Shown here piece after piece: positions 21,786 through 33,411 of a stretch of DNA of 64,000 nucleotides (position 1 is its first letter; every line of letters begins with the position of its first letter). Source of the DNA: Phyllobates terribilis (taxonomy: Eukaryota); NCBI RefSeq assembly GCF_046119375.1, contig NW_027362761.1:725214001-725278000 (forward strand), read 5' to 3'. Under the pieces are notes generated by a model. The model was not told the origin of the DNA. It was given only the letters and a program-made list of their open reading frames with translations, and ran no database searches. The position numbers and the translations under genes were made by a program.

Positions 21786-24181
21786 TCTAATATATATAAT
21801 TGTCTTATCCCGTCTGTCTGTCTGTGCTTCTGTCCAGGAAATCCCGCATCTCTGATTGGTCCGGCCGCGGCCAATCAGCGACGCGGGATTTAAGAAAAAA
21901 GATGTCGGCCGTTAGCGGCTCATCTGCCGCACGGAGGTCAGCGGCGATGCAGCCGGGAGATGACCGGCGCTAGCTCGGTCATCTCCCGGCAGCTAGCAGC
22001 AGAAGGACCCCGACCGGCGGCGCCGCTGACCTCCATGGGGCTACCGTCGGGAGATCAGCGGCTAGGACCGCTGATCTCCCGACGGCAAGTGTGAACGGAG
22101 GACTGGGGAGCTGCGCCGCCGGTCGGGATACTTCTGCTGCGAGCAGTCGGCCATCTCCCAGCTGCTCGCAGCGGAAGTACCCGCACAGGCAGCGCAGCAA
22201 ACCGGTCCTCACTAATACGATGCTGATTCAGCTAAATTGGCGCGAAATTTAAAACCCCCCTTCTCTGATTGGTCGCGCCCGCACATCAACGCCACTCCCC
22301 GTTCTCAGTAACACGGGTCGCTGATTGGCCGCAGCCGCCGGCCGCGACCAATCAGCAGTATTGGCGCCAAATTTAAACCCCGCTCTGCTGATTGGTCGCG
22401 GCCGCGACCAATCAGCATTATTGGCGCCAAATTTAAACCCCGCTCTGCTGATTGGTCGCGGTGGCCGGCCGCGACCAATCAGCGATTTTGGCGTCAAATT
22501 TAAACACCCCTCTGCTGATTGGTCGCGTTCGCCGGCCGCAACCAATCAGTATTATTGGCGCCAAATTTAAACACCGCTTTGCTGATTGGTCGCGGTTGCG
22601 ACTAATCAGCGATTTTGGTGCCAAATTTAAACACGCTCTCCAGTCCTCACTAACACGGTTCGCTGATTGGTTGCGGGCGGCGGCCACGACCAATCAGCAG
22701 TATTGGCGCCAAATTTAAACCTCGCTCTGCTGATTGGTCACGGTGGCCGGCCGCGACCAATCAGCGATTTTGGCGTCAAATTTAAACACCACTCTGCTGA
22801 TTGGTCACGGTCGCCGGCCGTGACCAATCAGCAGTATTGGCGCTAAATTTAAACACCGCTCTGCTGATTGATAGCAACCAATCAGCGATATTGACGCCAA
22901 ATTTAAACACCCCTCTGCTGATTGGTCGCGTTCGCCGGCCGCAACCAATCAGTATTATTGGCGCCAAATTTAAACCTCGCTCAGCTCATTAGTCGCGACA
23001 GCCGGCCGCGATCAATCAGCGACTGCCGCAGCATGGCCGCGAATTGGTGCTGGATTTTAAACACGCAGGCCACCGTCGGGAGATCAGCGGCACTAGCCGC
23101 TGATCTCCCGACGGTAGCCGCATGGAAGTCAGCGGCGATGCAGCCGGGAGATGACCGGCGCTAGCCGTTCATCTCCCGGCTGCTCACACCGAAAGTACCC
23201 GCACATCAACGCCACTCCCCGTTCTCAGTAACACGGGTCGCTGATTGGCCGCAGCCGCTGGCCGCGACCAATCAGCAGTATTGGCGCCAAATTTAAACCC
23301 CGCTCTGCTGATTGGTCGCGGCCGCGACCAATCAGCATTATTGGCGCCAAATTTAAACACCGCTCTGCTGATTGGTCGCGGCCGGCGATCGCGACCAATC
23401 AGCATTATTGGCGCCAAATTTAAACCCCGCTCTGCTGATTGATCGCGGTGGCCGGCCGCGACCAATCAGTATTATTGGCGCCAAAGTTAAACCTCACTCA
23501 GCTCATTAGTCGCGACCGCCGGCCGTGACCAATCAGCGATATTGGCACCAAATTTAAACACCGCTTTGCTGATTGGTCGCGGTCACGACTAATCAGCGAT
23601 TTTGGTGCCAAATTTAAACACGCTCTCCAGTCCTCACTAACACGGTTCGCTGATTGGTTGCGGGCGGCGGCCACGACCAATCAGCAGTATTGGCGCCAAA
23701 TTTAAACACTGCTTTGCTGATTGGTCGCGGTGGCCGGCCGCGACCAAGCAGCGATATTGGCGCCAAATTTAAACACCACTCTGCTGATTGGTCGCAGTTG
23801 CCGGCCGCGACTAATCAGCATTATTGGCGCCAAATTTAAACACCGCTCTGCTGATTGGTCGCGGCCGTGACCAATCACCATTATTGGCGCCAAATTTAAA
23901 CACCGCTCTGCTGATTGGTCGCGACCGCCGGCCGCGACCAAACAGCATTATTGGCGCCAAATTTAAACCCCTCTTTGCTGATTAGTCGCGACCGCCGGCC
24001 GTGACCAATCAGCGATATAGGCGCCAAATTTAAACACCGCTTCGCTGATTGGTCGCGGTTGCTGGCCACGACCAATCAGCGATTTTGGCGCCAAATTTAA
24101 ACACCGCTCTGCTGATTGCGCCCGATCAGCCGAATACATATTCTAGAATACCCGATGCGTTAGAATCGGGCCACCATCTAG
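21786..24181 (+). mobile_element. Non-autonomous Helitron filled with a palindromic minisatellite
   Basis: A|TCTAATATATATAATTG start; CCCGATGCGTTAGAATCGGG hairpin (24151-24170) followed by CTAG|T (24178-24182). Confidence 0.88.
22310..24120. repeat. About 60-64-bp CpG-rich tandem repeat with palindromic CCAAT pairs
   Basis: Unit approx. CCAATCAGCAGTATTGGCGCCAAATTTAAACCCCGCTCTGCTGATTGGTCGCGGCCGCGA, roughly 25 copies with higher-order duplication. Confidence 0.95.
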
Positions 24182-24339
24182 TAATCTATAAACACCAATC
24201 CGCATTAAACACACATTATCTAATGACAATGGCACCTATCAATGGGTTGGATACATAAAGATATGTGTACACGACCTCTTTTAGACACTGGGGTACCCGC
24301 CTAGTTTTGCAAAAGGTTGATACTTCAGGAAAATATCAG

Positions 24340-25400
24340 CAGTGTTTTTCCTGAGGTGCCTTTTTTGGCATCTTTCGTGTCTTTTTTTTGTTTTTTTTTC
24401 CTGATAGGCATACAATAGCAAGTGCATTTTACATGGAAGGTGCCTGAAGAATGGTCAGGTCACTTCTTTTAACCTCTACACTACCCAGCGATTTTCCATT
24501 TTTTTCCTCCCCTTCTTCCAAGAGCAACAACTTTTTTATTTTTCTGGCCGTATAGCCGTATGAAGGTTTGTTTTTTTTGTGGGATGAGTTGAAGCTGCGA
24601 TCGTTCGATTGCAAGTGCTATAGATAGCAGTGCTTCAGTTGTACTATTGAATGACCTCATTCATTTTACAATATAGTGTACTGGAAATTGTGAAAAAAAA
24701 TTCCAAGTGCATTGAAATTGTAAAAAAGGTGCAATTCTACAATTGTTTTTTGGGCTTTTTAATTTACCATGTTCACTATATGGTAAAACTGACCTGACAA
24801 CATGATTCCCCAGGTCAGCTGATTACACAGATACTAAACATGTATAGTTTTTTATGTATATGTGATGAAAAAAAAATTGTAAATTTGTAAAAAAAATATA
24901 ATTTTGTTTTTGTCGCAATTTTCCGAGACCCATAACGTTTTCATTTTTCGAGATATGGGGCTGTGTGAGGGCTTATTTTTTGCATCCTGAGTTGAGTTTT
25001 TAATTATACCATTTTGGGGTAGATACAATGTTTTAATAGCATTTTATTGCAATATTGCGGCGGGAAAAAACATAATTCTGGCATCTTGATTTTTTTTTCT
25101 CATTACGCTGTTTACTAATTTATTTTATAGTTTGATATATTGGACATTTCTGAACGCACTGATACCAAATAGGTGTATTTTTTTATTTTTTTTAATTGTT
25201 TTATTTTTAATGTGCCAAAAGGGGGTTGATTTGAACTTTTGTGATTTTCATTTTCATATTTTGAAAAACTTTTTTTTTTACTTTTTTCTGTCTTCAAGAA
25301 TTCCCTTAGGAAACTTGAAGTTACGATCGTCCGATCAACCATGCAATATATAGCAGAGCACTGTATTATTATATACTCAAAAGCTTGACATTGCCTGGGG
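24340..25400. mobile_element. Internal fragment of an AT-rich non-autonomous DNA transposon (piggyBac-type, tentative)
   Basis: Poly-T/A-rich subterminal-like sequence resembling 52060-53050 and 59330-59600; no termini seen here. Confidence 0.35.
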
Positions 25401-26515
25401 TTTTTTTTTGGTGGGGGGGGGGGGGGTATTGTGGACTATTAAGCTTGGAGTTAAGTGAACTCCTGGAAATATGAACTGTAAGTTAATGATTAGTGATTCA
25501 GTGCACTAAAATTGAAATAAATTAGAATGCCTACCATATGTAGATGACAGAAAATGCGGATAGGAGAATTGCTGAGGTAATGGGAGATGAAGGCTGGCAC
25601 AAGAGGGCCCAAGGTCTTGTAGACCAAATAAACGCTGTGGGTCTGTACCCAAAAACAAGGGACACGATCATGTGAAAGGTTATACATTGAACGGTGTGGC
25701 CCATAATAGGGACATGTGATGACCTGCTTGAGCAGGAGGCATGAATGGAGTAGAACCAGCCTGTGTGACGCAAATACACCAAAGCAGTGAAGATGTAGAT
25801 CATTTGGTGAGGTGGCGGCTTTAAGCACTAAGATTAATGTCTCAGAGGTTTGCAGTCTTAATTTTTCAGGAACTTTGTGTAAATATGCCTCACAACTAAA
25901 TGCAAATGTATCCTCCACATATTTAGCAGCTTTGCAGCTTAGATATGGTAAGACATGAGTAGGCCCATTTTATTGCCATGTTTTCTAGCTTGCTGCATGT
26001 GCAGATTGTGATGTTGAATTTGTCGGCAGGTGCGGAGCTAGGACCTACAGAGTCATTTTCTATAGGTGTCTATTCTTCAACAGGAACACGGTTACCAGAG
26101 ATTAGAAAGATCTCTGTCTGATGTTCTATCCGACTCTGAAAGGTTGGTCTCAAATCTAAAAAAATGACATTTGCAATAAATATTGCATGCAAAGATGACA
26201 CTTGCTTAACCTTTAATTAAAATGCATAATAATTATTAGCTCTAATGAGATTAACATTATAACAACTTAAAACATCATCTTAATCTTTTCCCTTCTCTAC
26301 TATACTCTTAAGCTATATTCACACACAAAATATCATGGCTTCAATACTAGATATTTTCGAATAGATCCATTGTGAATCAACAGAGTAGAATTTACTGAAA
26401 CTTTCAAATCCCAGCGAATTCAAACAATTCGATTTGCATAGACTAAATAAGAAAATGCCCACTTCCTTTTCACCAATTGCTAAAAAGAGAGCAGGTTCTT
26501 ATGAGTAGAGATGAG

Positions 26516-29500
26516 TAGTGATGAACGAACATGTTCGAAAAACAATCGCCAATTTCAAATTCGGCATGAATATGGCACATTCGGATTCGTGATTGGAAAC
26601 ACAAGCAATTTTTCTTAAAATCGGTAAAATTCAGTAAAAGTGCAGGAAATTATTGTGTTGAAACTGAAGTAATTTTAGCACTTTGGCTAGGATAGTGGTG
26701 ATGTATGATAATCTGGGGACGTTTTTGATGAGGGGAGGGGCTGGGGAGAGCTTAGAGGAGCTCAGAGCAGCAGCATGCTTGTAATCTTTTTTATTTTCCT
26801 AACTTTGTGTGCAAATCGTGACTAGCCAATCATGGCGCAAGAACCATCCACAATGTCCAATGTGCCATTGGCTTCTGAAATCACATGTCCCTCTCTATAT
26901 AAAGAGCGGACATGTTACTTTAGCGCCATTTTGTGACTATAACAGATCATAGACGATGCTCCTGGTCTGCTCCTGGATAATGACAGATTTTAGCTAGTTA
27001 GCTCAGAAAATTTTGTCACATTTCACCCACGCTAACCCTGCCTTCCGCAGTGCTGGTGGTGCCCCAGCTGCATTGGCGACTTCCTCCTCCGCCTCTGCCT
27101 TGTTCTTCTACTGATCCCCCGCTGTCAGGTGGGAAAGCCATCTGTAGTTTCTCTACTAGCGTGTGCTTGTATTCACGCATTTGGCGATCCCTCTCCAGTG
27201 ACAGAAGTAATGATGATACATTGTCCTTGTAGTGGTGATCCAGCAGGGTGACCACCCAGCAATCTGCACTGGTAACAATACGGGCAGCTCAGCTCGGCGG
27301 TCCTTGCACAGGCACAGCATCATGTACTGGCTCATATATGCCAGATTGCCCAGAGGCAACGAAAAGCTGTCCTCAGTGGAAGGTATATCGTCTGGGTACC
27401 TGTATTTTGTCAGAGAAGATGCTCCTGGTTTGCTCCTGGATTCATTAGAGATTTTAGCTAGCTAGGTGGTTGCTTCTAAATCAGATAGTTTAGATAGCTA
27501 GTGTCCTGTGTGGCTGTGAAATCGACCTTCCAGCAGATTTTTTTTCTTGTGCCATTAGTGAGGTCCAGACAAAGCAGCTGGTCACATTTCATAGAACTCT
27601 GTTGTGCACTGCTTCAATTGTACTCCATGCATGCATGAGTACACCTTTAAAAATCTATTTATCTGTTCCTAATGTGATACAGCACGCCATATCTCACCTT
27701 ATCATTTTGTGGTGCTGAAATTCAGCTGTGTGCAGAGCTGTTGCAGAGTAAAAAAAACAATATTTTTCTGTTGCTAACATGAAACAGCTTGCCATATCTC
27801 ACCTTGTCATTTTATGGCAGGTTGTTGGTGCAGAGTAAAAAAATCTAATTTTTTAATAGCGTGCTCCTACCACATCTGAGCAACATGACTGGGAAAAAGC
27901 GAGGTCGTGGTGGAAGGGGAAATAGGCTTGGTGTTCAAGGTATACATGGAATAGGTGGTAATGTTAGTGAAAGCATTATTGAACCAACACTGTCACGTCC
28001 TATCCAAAGACAACTGACAACTTCTGTTACTGGATGGGCTACTCCACTCTTTTTCTTTGGCAGCCGCAAAGCGGTATGCCCTGTAGATGAGGGCCAGAAA
28101 GAGCATGTGTTCCAGTGGATGACAAGCGCTGCATCAAGTGGCCTTTCCTCCTCTTCCTGCACCTCAACATCACACACAGTACAGTCCTCAGTTGTGGGAC
28201 CCCAATTACTCTTGCTTCCCCCCACGTGACAACTCTCCAACCGCCCAACTGACTGTAGGGAACCACAGATGGGTGAGTCTGCAGAGCAGTTCACACATTC
28301 TATGGGCATCAGAAGTCTGCTCCAAAGATTTCTAAGACTCAAGAGGAGGAAAGCATCTGCACCGATGCCCAAATTTTTTTTAGGTTGGATCTGGGGCAGG
28401 ATGAAGCAGAGTCTCAGCAGCATCCTGACCCCCGTCACCAGACAGTAACCTCCGGGGGGAGGTGATCCTGATGAGACTCAGATACCTGAGGCTCACGTGG
28501 ACTGTACTGTGCTGTTAGGGCAGGAAGAGGAGGGTGACTCTCAGGGTGAGGAATGGGATAACACAGAGGATGATGATGAGGTTGTAGATCCCACATGGTG
28601 TGAACCCAGAAGCACGCAGCTGAGTTGGTCATCTGAGGAGGTGAAGGAGGAAGACAAGGAGGTTACGTTGCACCCTACGGCGTAGACACGGAGTGATGCA
28701 ACCACGACCAGCACTGCATCCTTAGCCACAACTGTATCTGTGGCCAGTAGCTGTCGTGGGTCTGCAGTTCGCAGGGGTGTCAATGGTTGTCTAGCCTGGG
28801 CGTTTGTTGACACCGCAAAGGATGAGCCAATTCACATTATCTTCCAACTTTGCAAAAAAAACTCAGTAGAGGGAAAAAGTGCAATAATTTGACTACTACG
28901 TGCATGAACTTTTACATGCACAATCAACATGCATTACTCTGGCAACCTCACTGCGATAAAATCCAGACCAGCGGACTTCAATAACCATCAGCCGCCCCAT
29001 CAACCGCATCTGCTGCTTCTTCCTCCTCCTCTGTTACCGTGCCAAGTATTGTCATGCAGGTCTCTGACCGCAGAACCTCCAGTGTCTACCCTCTCCAGTC
29101 AGGTTGAGTGAGAGCCCGTCAGCTGTAACGGAAGCAGACATTCCTGCTGTTTTTGACTGATCTCATAGAATAAGCACACCACATCTTTCTCAATCCATCT
29201 CATCTCCGCCTGCACCTCACTCACGGTCCAGCAGTTTGTCCGGTTCACCGTACTCCACCCTCTCTCAGCACTGCAGCCAGCCCTCGATCCCGCAGTTGTG
29301 GTCACGTAAAAGATTGCTTCCTCCTACACATGACAAAGCTATGAGGTTGAACTCCACCATCTCCAATCTGTTGACCATGGAAATGTTGCCTTTTCACCTC
29401 TTAGATACAGATGGTTTCTGAAAGCTGATGGCCATCGGAGTTCCCCAGTACCAGTTGCCCAGTCACCATTACTTCTCTAAGAAAGCTGTGCATGCGCTAT

Positions 29501-31440
29501 ACCAGCATGTTGCAGACAACATCACCCGTTCCTTGAAAAAAATCTAGGTATGACAGATTGCATTTCACCACTGACACCTGGAAAAGCAAGCATGGAAAGG
29601 GGCAAAGGGGCATTACATCTCGCTGATGGGGCACTGGGTGACTCTGGTGGCTGTGGGGGCAGGCGGGGAAGGAGCTGCTCCACAAGTCTTGGAATCCTCA
29701 AGCCTTACAGGACAAACCTCTGTATTTCACACTTCTTCCACTTCTTCTGCCTCCTCCACCTCCTGTAGGGCCTCCACCTGCACCCTCAACCTCAGCCTTA
29801 ATGAGACATGCGCTCCAACAGTGCAGAGCGAATCCCCACCACCTCCGTACTGCACAGCCAGGGCTCACCGAATTCAGGTAGTCTTAAAATTAATATGCCT
29901 TGGAGATCAGTCACACAGGTCAAGAGTTGTGGACAGCTATCCAGGCTGAGTTTGAGCAATAGCTGTCTTTGCTGAACCTGGAGTCAGGGAAGTCCGTATG
30001 CGATAAAGGTGAGAACCTGGTGGCGGCCCTACACCAAGGCAACCTCACAAATGTGCCTTGCATGGCTCACATCCTCAACCTGGTGGTACAGCGATTTCTC
30101 TGCCACTATCCTGGGCTGGATGCACTGCTGCAGAAAGCATGGAAGGTGTGTGCTCACTTCCGGAGAGGAACAAATGGAGGTGGAAGAGCTGATATACAAG
30201 CAACAGTCAGGAGATGAAAAGGATAATCATCCTCTTCATGTAAGTGGTTGGAAGGAGGGGATGGAGAAAACAAGCATTAGTGTTACCCAGCCACAAACAC
30301 AGCATGAGCTTGGACCTCATGGAAGAGCCCGACATATGAGTGCCTTTTATCTGTAATATGATCCTCGTATAGTTAGGATTCTAAATAGTGCTGACTACTG
30401 GGTTGCCACCCCGTTAGATCCACATTATAAGAGTAAATTTTACCAGATGCTTCCCGCCCTGGAAAGGGACCCGCGAATGCTAGAGGATCGAAATACGCTT
30501 TTACACAACCTTAACAGACGTTATCCCCAAGACAGCAGTAAGGCATACAGTGTGCATCAGAACTCTAGACTTCTAACCTCCGACACATCAATTTGTCAAC
30601 GCCAAAACATTAGCAGCAGCAGGAGCAGTGTAAGTGGCAGAAACAATTTCTGTGAGTCCTTTCACACATTTTTTAGACCATTTTTTAGACCATTTTTTAG
30701 ACCAGCTAGTGCACCAGCGCAACAGTCCAAGTCTGACACGTGGTGAACCACTGGAGAGGATAGTGCAGGAGTATCTAGAGCTCAATATCAATATAATCAA
30801 AGAGGGTTTGGACCCTTTTACAAAGTGGCCTGAGCTTGCCTGGCACTCCTTGGAGGTTTTATCATGTCTGGAAGCCAGTGTTCTCTCAGAACGTGTCTTC
30901 AGCGATGCTGGTGGTGTCCTGACAGGTGACACATAAGCGGAGCCAGCTGTCCCCTGAAAGTGTAGACTGCCTAACTTTCATCAAGATGAACAAGTCATGA
31001 ATCTCCAAGGACTGCAGACTGTACAGACTAGGCAATGTTGTAGTTTTTAGTGTGCTGCATTGATCTTGTGTAATTGCAGTGTGATATCTATAGCATGGCT
31101 TCGGTGCATGCTGCTGCTGCAGATGTTAACAATAATTTTTGGAAATGAGAGCACTCCTGGTTGGGTCTCCCTCTGCTGTGTTGGCTGTAGTGGAAGAGGT
31201 GTTCGTCCTAATTATACTATTTCTACTCTACTGAAAATTATGCCACTTTGATGATATCAGCCCTGATTTTTTGGAAATGTGGAGACTCCTGTTTGGGTCT
31301 CGATCTGATGGGTTGGCTGTAGTGGAAGAGGTGTTGGTTCGAATTATTTTATTTCTACTCTACTGAAATTGATGCCACTTCGGTGGTATCAGTCCCTAAT
31401 TTTTGGAAATGGGGAGACTCCTGGTTGGGTCGCCTTAATA
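26516..31440 (+). mobile_element. hAT (Ac-like) DNA transposon, decayed; right end not located
   Basis: TAGTGATGAACGAAC TIR-like start; transposase remnants at 28780-31010; 132-bp subterminal repeats at 31135-31430. Confidence 0.8.
28780..31010 (+). pseudogene. hAT transposase with BED finger and C-terminal dimerization domain, heavily disrupted
   Basis: BED-like AWAFVD..CKKKLSRG..TTCM; HFTTDTW; CDKGENL..VPCMAHILNL (CxxH); LDPHYK; SVLSERVFS.AGG..LTFIKMN. Confidence 0.85.
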
Positions 31441-31781
31441 AGTGATGCCTGTAGCAGTAGGCCTCCCAGACCGGCAGGCCTCCACTTACTTTCAGTCAAC
31501 TACCCATGTTGACTGTAGTGAGTTGCAAACTGTTTGATTTCAGTTTGTAATAACCTGCTTATGCTTATAATTTCAAAAATGACCATTTTTTGTTCTTTAT
31601 TAAAATGAAAAGGTTGAAAACTCTGCTGTGCATAATAATTTGGAACATGCATTTTGAGTGCAGTTTGAGTTTTTTATTTTTTTAAAAATATACTGTTATC
31701 ATAGGCAGTTTGTACAAAAACCTTTCAATTGTACTCTAATAGTTATTTGACTGGAAAATTACAATGACTGCAATTCATATA

Positions 31782-33411
31782 CAGTACAGACCAAAAGTTT
31801 GGACACACCTTCTCATTTAAAGATTTTTCTGTAATTTCATGACAATGAAAATTGTACATTCACACTGAAGGCATCAAAACTATGAATTAACACATGTGGA
31901 ATTATATACTTAACAAAAAAGTGTGAAACAACTGAAAATATGTCTTATATTCTAGGTTCTTCAAAGTAGCCACCTTTTGCTTTGATGACTGCTTTGCACA
32001 CTCTTGGCATTCTCTTGATGAGCTTCAAGAGGTAGTCACCAGAAATGGTCTTCCAACAATCTTGAAGGAGTTCCCAGAGATGCTTAGCACTTGTTGGCCC
32101 TTTTGCCTTCACTCTGCGGTCCAGCTCACCCCAAACCATCTCAATTGGGTTCGGGTCTGGTGACTGTGGAGGCCAGGTCATCTGGCGTAGCACCCCATCA
32201 CTCTCCTTCTTGGTCAAATAGCCCTTACACAGCCTGGAGGTGTGTTTCGGGTCATTGTCCTGTTGAAAAATAAATGAAGGTCCAACTAAACGCAAACTGG
32301 ATGGAATAGCATGCCGCTGCAAGATGCTGTGGTAGCCATGCTGGTTCAGTATGCCTTCAATTTTGAATACATCCCCAACAATGTAACCAGCAAAGCACCC
32401 CCACACCATCACACCACCTCCTCCATGCTTCACGGTGGGAACCAGGCATGTAGAGTCCATCCGTTCACCTTTTCTGCGTCGCACAAAGACACGGTGGTTG
32501 GAACCAAAGATCTCAAATTTGGACTCATCAGACCAAAGCACAGATTTCCACTGGTCTAATGTCCATTCCTTGTGTTCTTTAGCCCAAACAAGTCTCTTCT
32601 GCTTGTTGCCTGTCCTTAGCAGTGGTTTCCTAGCAGCTTTTTTACCATGAAGGCCTGCTGCACAAAGTCTCCTCTTAACAGTTGTTGAAGAGATGTGTCT
32701 GCTGCTAGAACTCTGTGTGGCATTGACCTGGTCTCTAATCTGAGCTGCTGTTAACCTGCGATTTCTGAGGCTGGTGACTCGGATAAACTTATACTCAGAA
32801 GCAGAGGTGACTCTTGGTCTTCCTTTCCTGGGGAAGTCCTCATGTGAGCCAGTTTCTTTGTAGCGCTTGATGGTTTTTGCAACTGCACTTGGGGACACTT
32901 TCAAAGTTTTCCCAATTTTTCGCACTGACTGACCTTCATTTCTTAAAGTAATGATGGCTACTCGTTTTTCTTTACTTAGCTGCTTTTTTCTTGCCATAAT
33001 ACAAATTCTAACAGTCTATTCAGTAGGATTATCAGCTGTGTATCCACCAGACTTCTGCAAAACACAACTGATGGTCCCAACCCCATTTATAAGACAAGAA
33101 ATCCCATTTATTAAACCTGACAGGGCACACCTGTGAAGTGAAAACCATTTCCGGTGACTACCTCTTGAAGCTCATCAAGAGAATGCCAAGAGTGTGCAAA
33201 GCAGTCATCAAAGCAAAACATGGCTACTTTGAAGAACCTAGAATATAAGACATATTTTCAGTTGTTTCACACTTTTTTGTTAAGTATATAATTCCACATG
33301 TGTTAATTCATAGTTTTGATGCCTTCAGTGTGAATGTACAATTTTCATTGTCATGAAAATACAGAAAAATCATTAAATGAGAAGGTGTGTCCAAACTTTT
33401 GGTCTGTACTG
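31782..33411 (-). mobile_element. Full-length Tc1-family DD38E (Intruder-type) transposon
   Basis: TA|CAGTACAGACCAAAAG...CTTTTGGTCTGTACTG|TA; TIRs of about 268 bp (31782-32049, 33144-33411). Confidence 0.95.
31945..32997 (-). CDS. DD38E Tc1 transposase, 350 aa, open
   Basis: Paired-like HTH, GRPR, WSDE, QQDND followed by 38 residues to the Glu of NPIE; no stop or frameshift. Confidence 0.92.
   Translation of the reverse strand: MARKKQLSKEKRVAIITLRNEGQSVRKIGKTLKVSPSAVAKTIKRYKETGSHEDFPRKGRPRVTSASEYKFIRVTSLRNRRLTAAQIRDQVNATQSSSSRHISSTTVKRRLCAAGLHGKKAARKPLLRTGNKQKRLVWAKEHKEWTLDQWKSVLWSDESKFEIFGSNHRVFVRRRKGERMDSTCLVPTVKHGGGGVMVWGCFAGYIVGDVFKIEGILNQHGYHSILQRHAIPSSLRLVGPSFIFQQDNDPKHTSRLCKGYLTKKESDGVLRQMTWPPQSPDPNPIEMVWGELDRRVKAKGPTSAKHLWELLQDCWKTISGDYLLKLIKRMPRVCKAVIKAKGGYFEEPRI

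Noticed and set aside
22310-24120. Functional link between the Y-box-like CTGATTGG array and the cold-shock protein at 61.5 kb
   Set aside because: They belong to unrelated mobile elements 37 kb apart; co-occurrence in one window is not evidence.
22249-24258. CRISPR-like appearance and many short ORFs
   Set aside because: Palindromic repeats are separated by near-identical sequence rather than unique spacers, there are no cas genes, and the context is a eukaryotic Helitron.
26049-26155. 107-bp minus-strand candidate exon with good AG/GT signals
   Set aside because: Stops occur in all three frames and there is no recognisable product.
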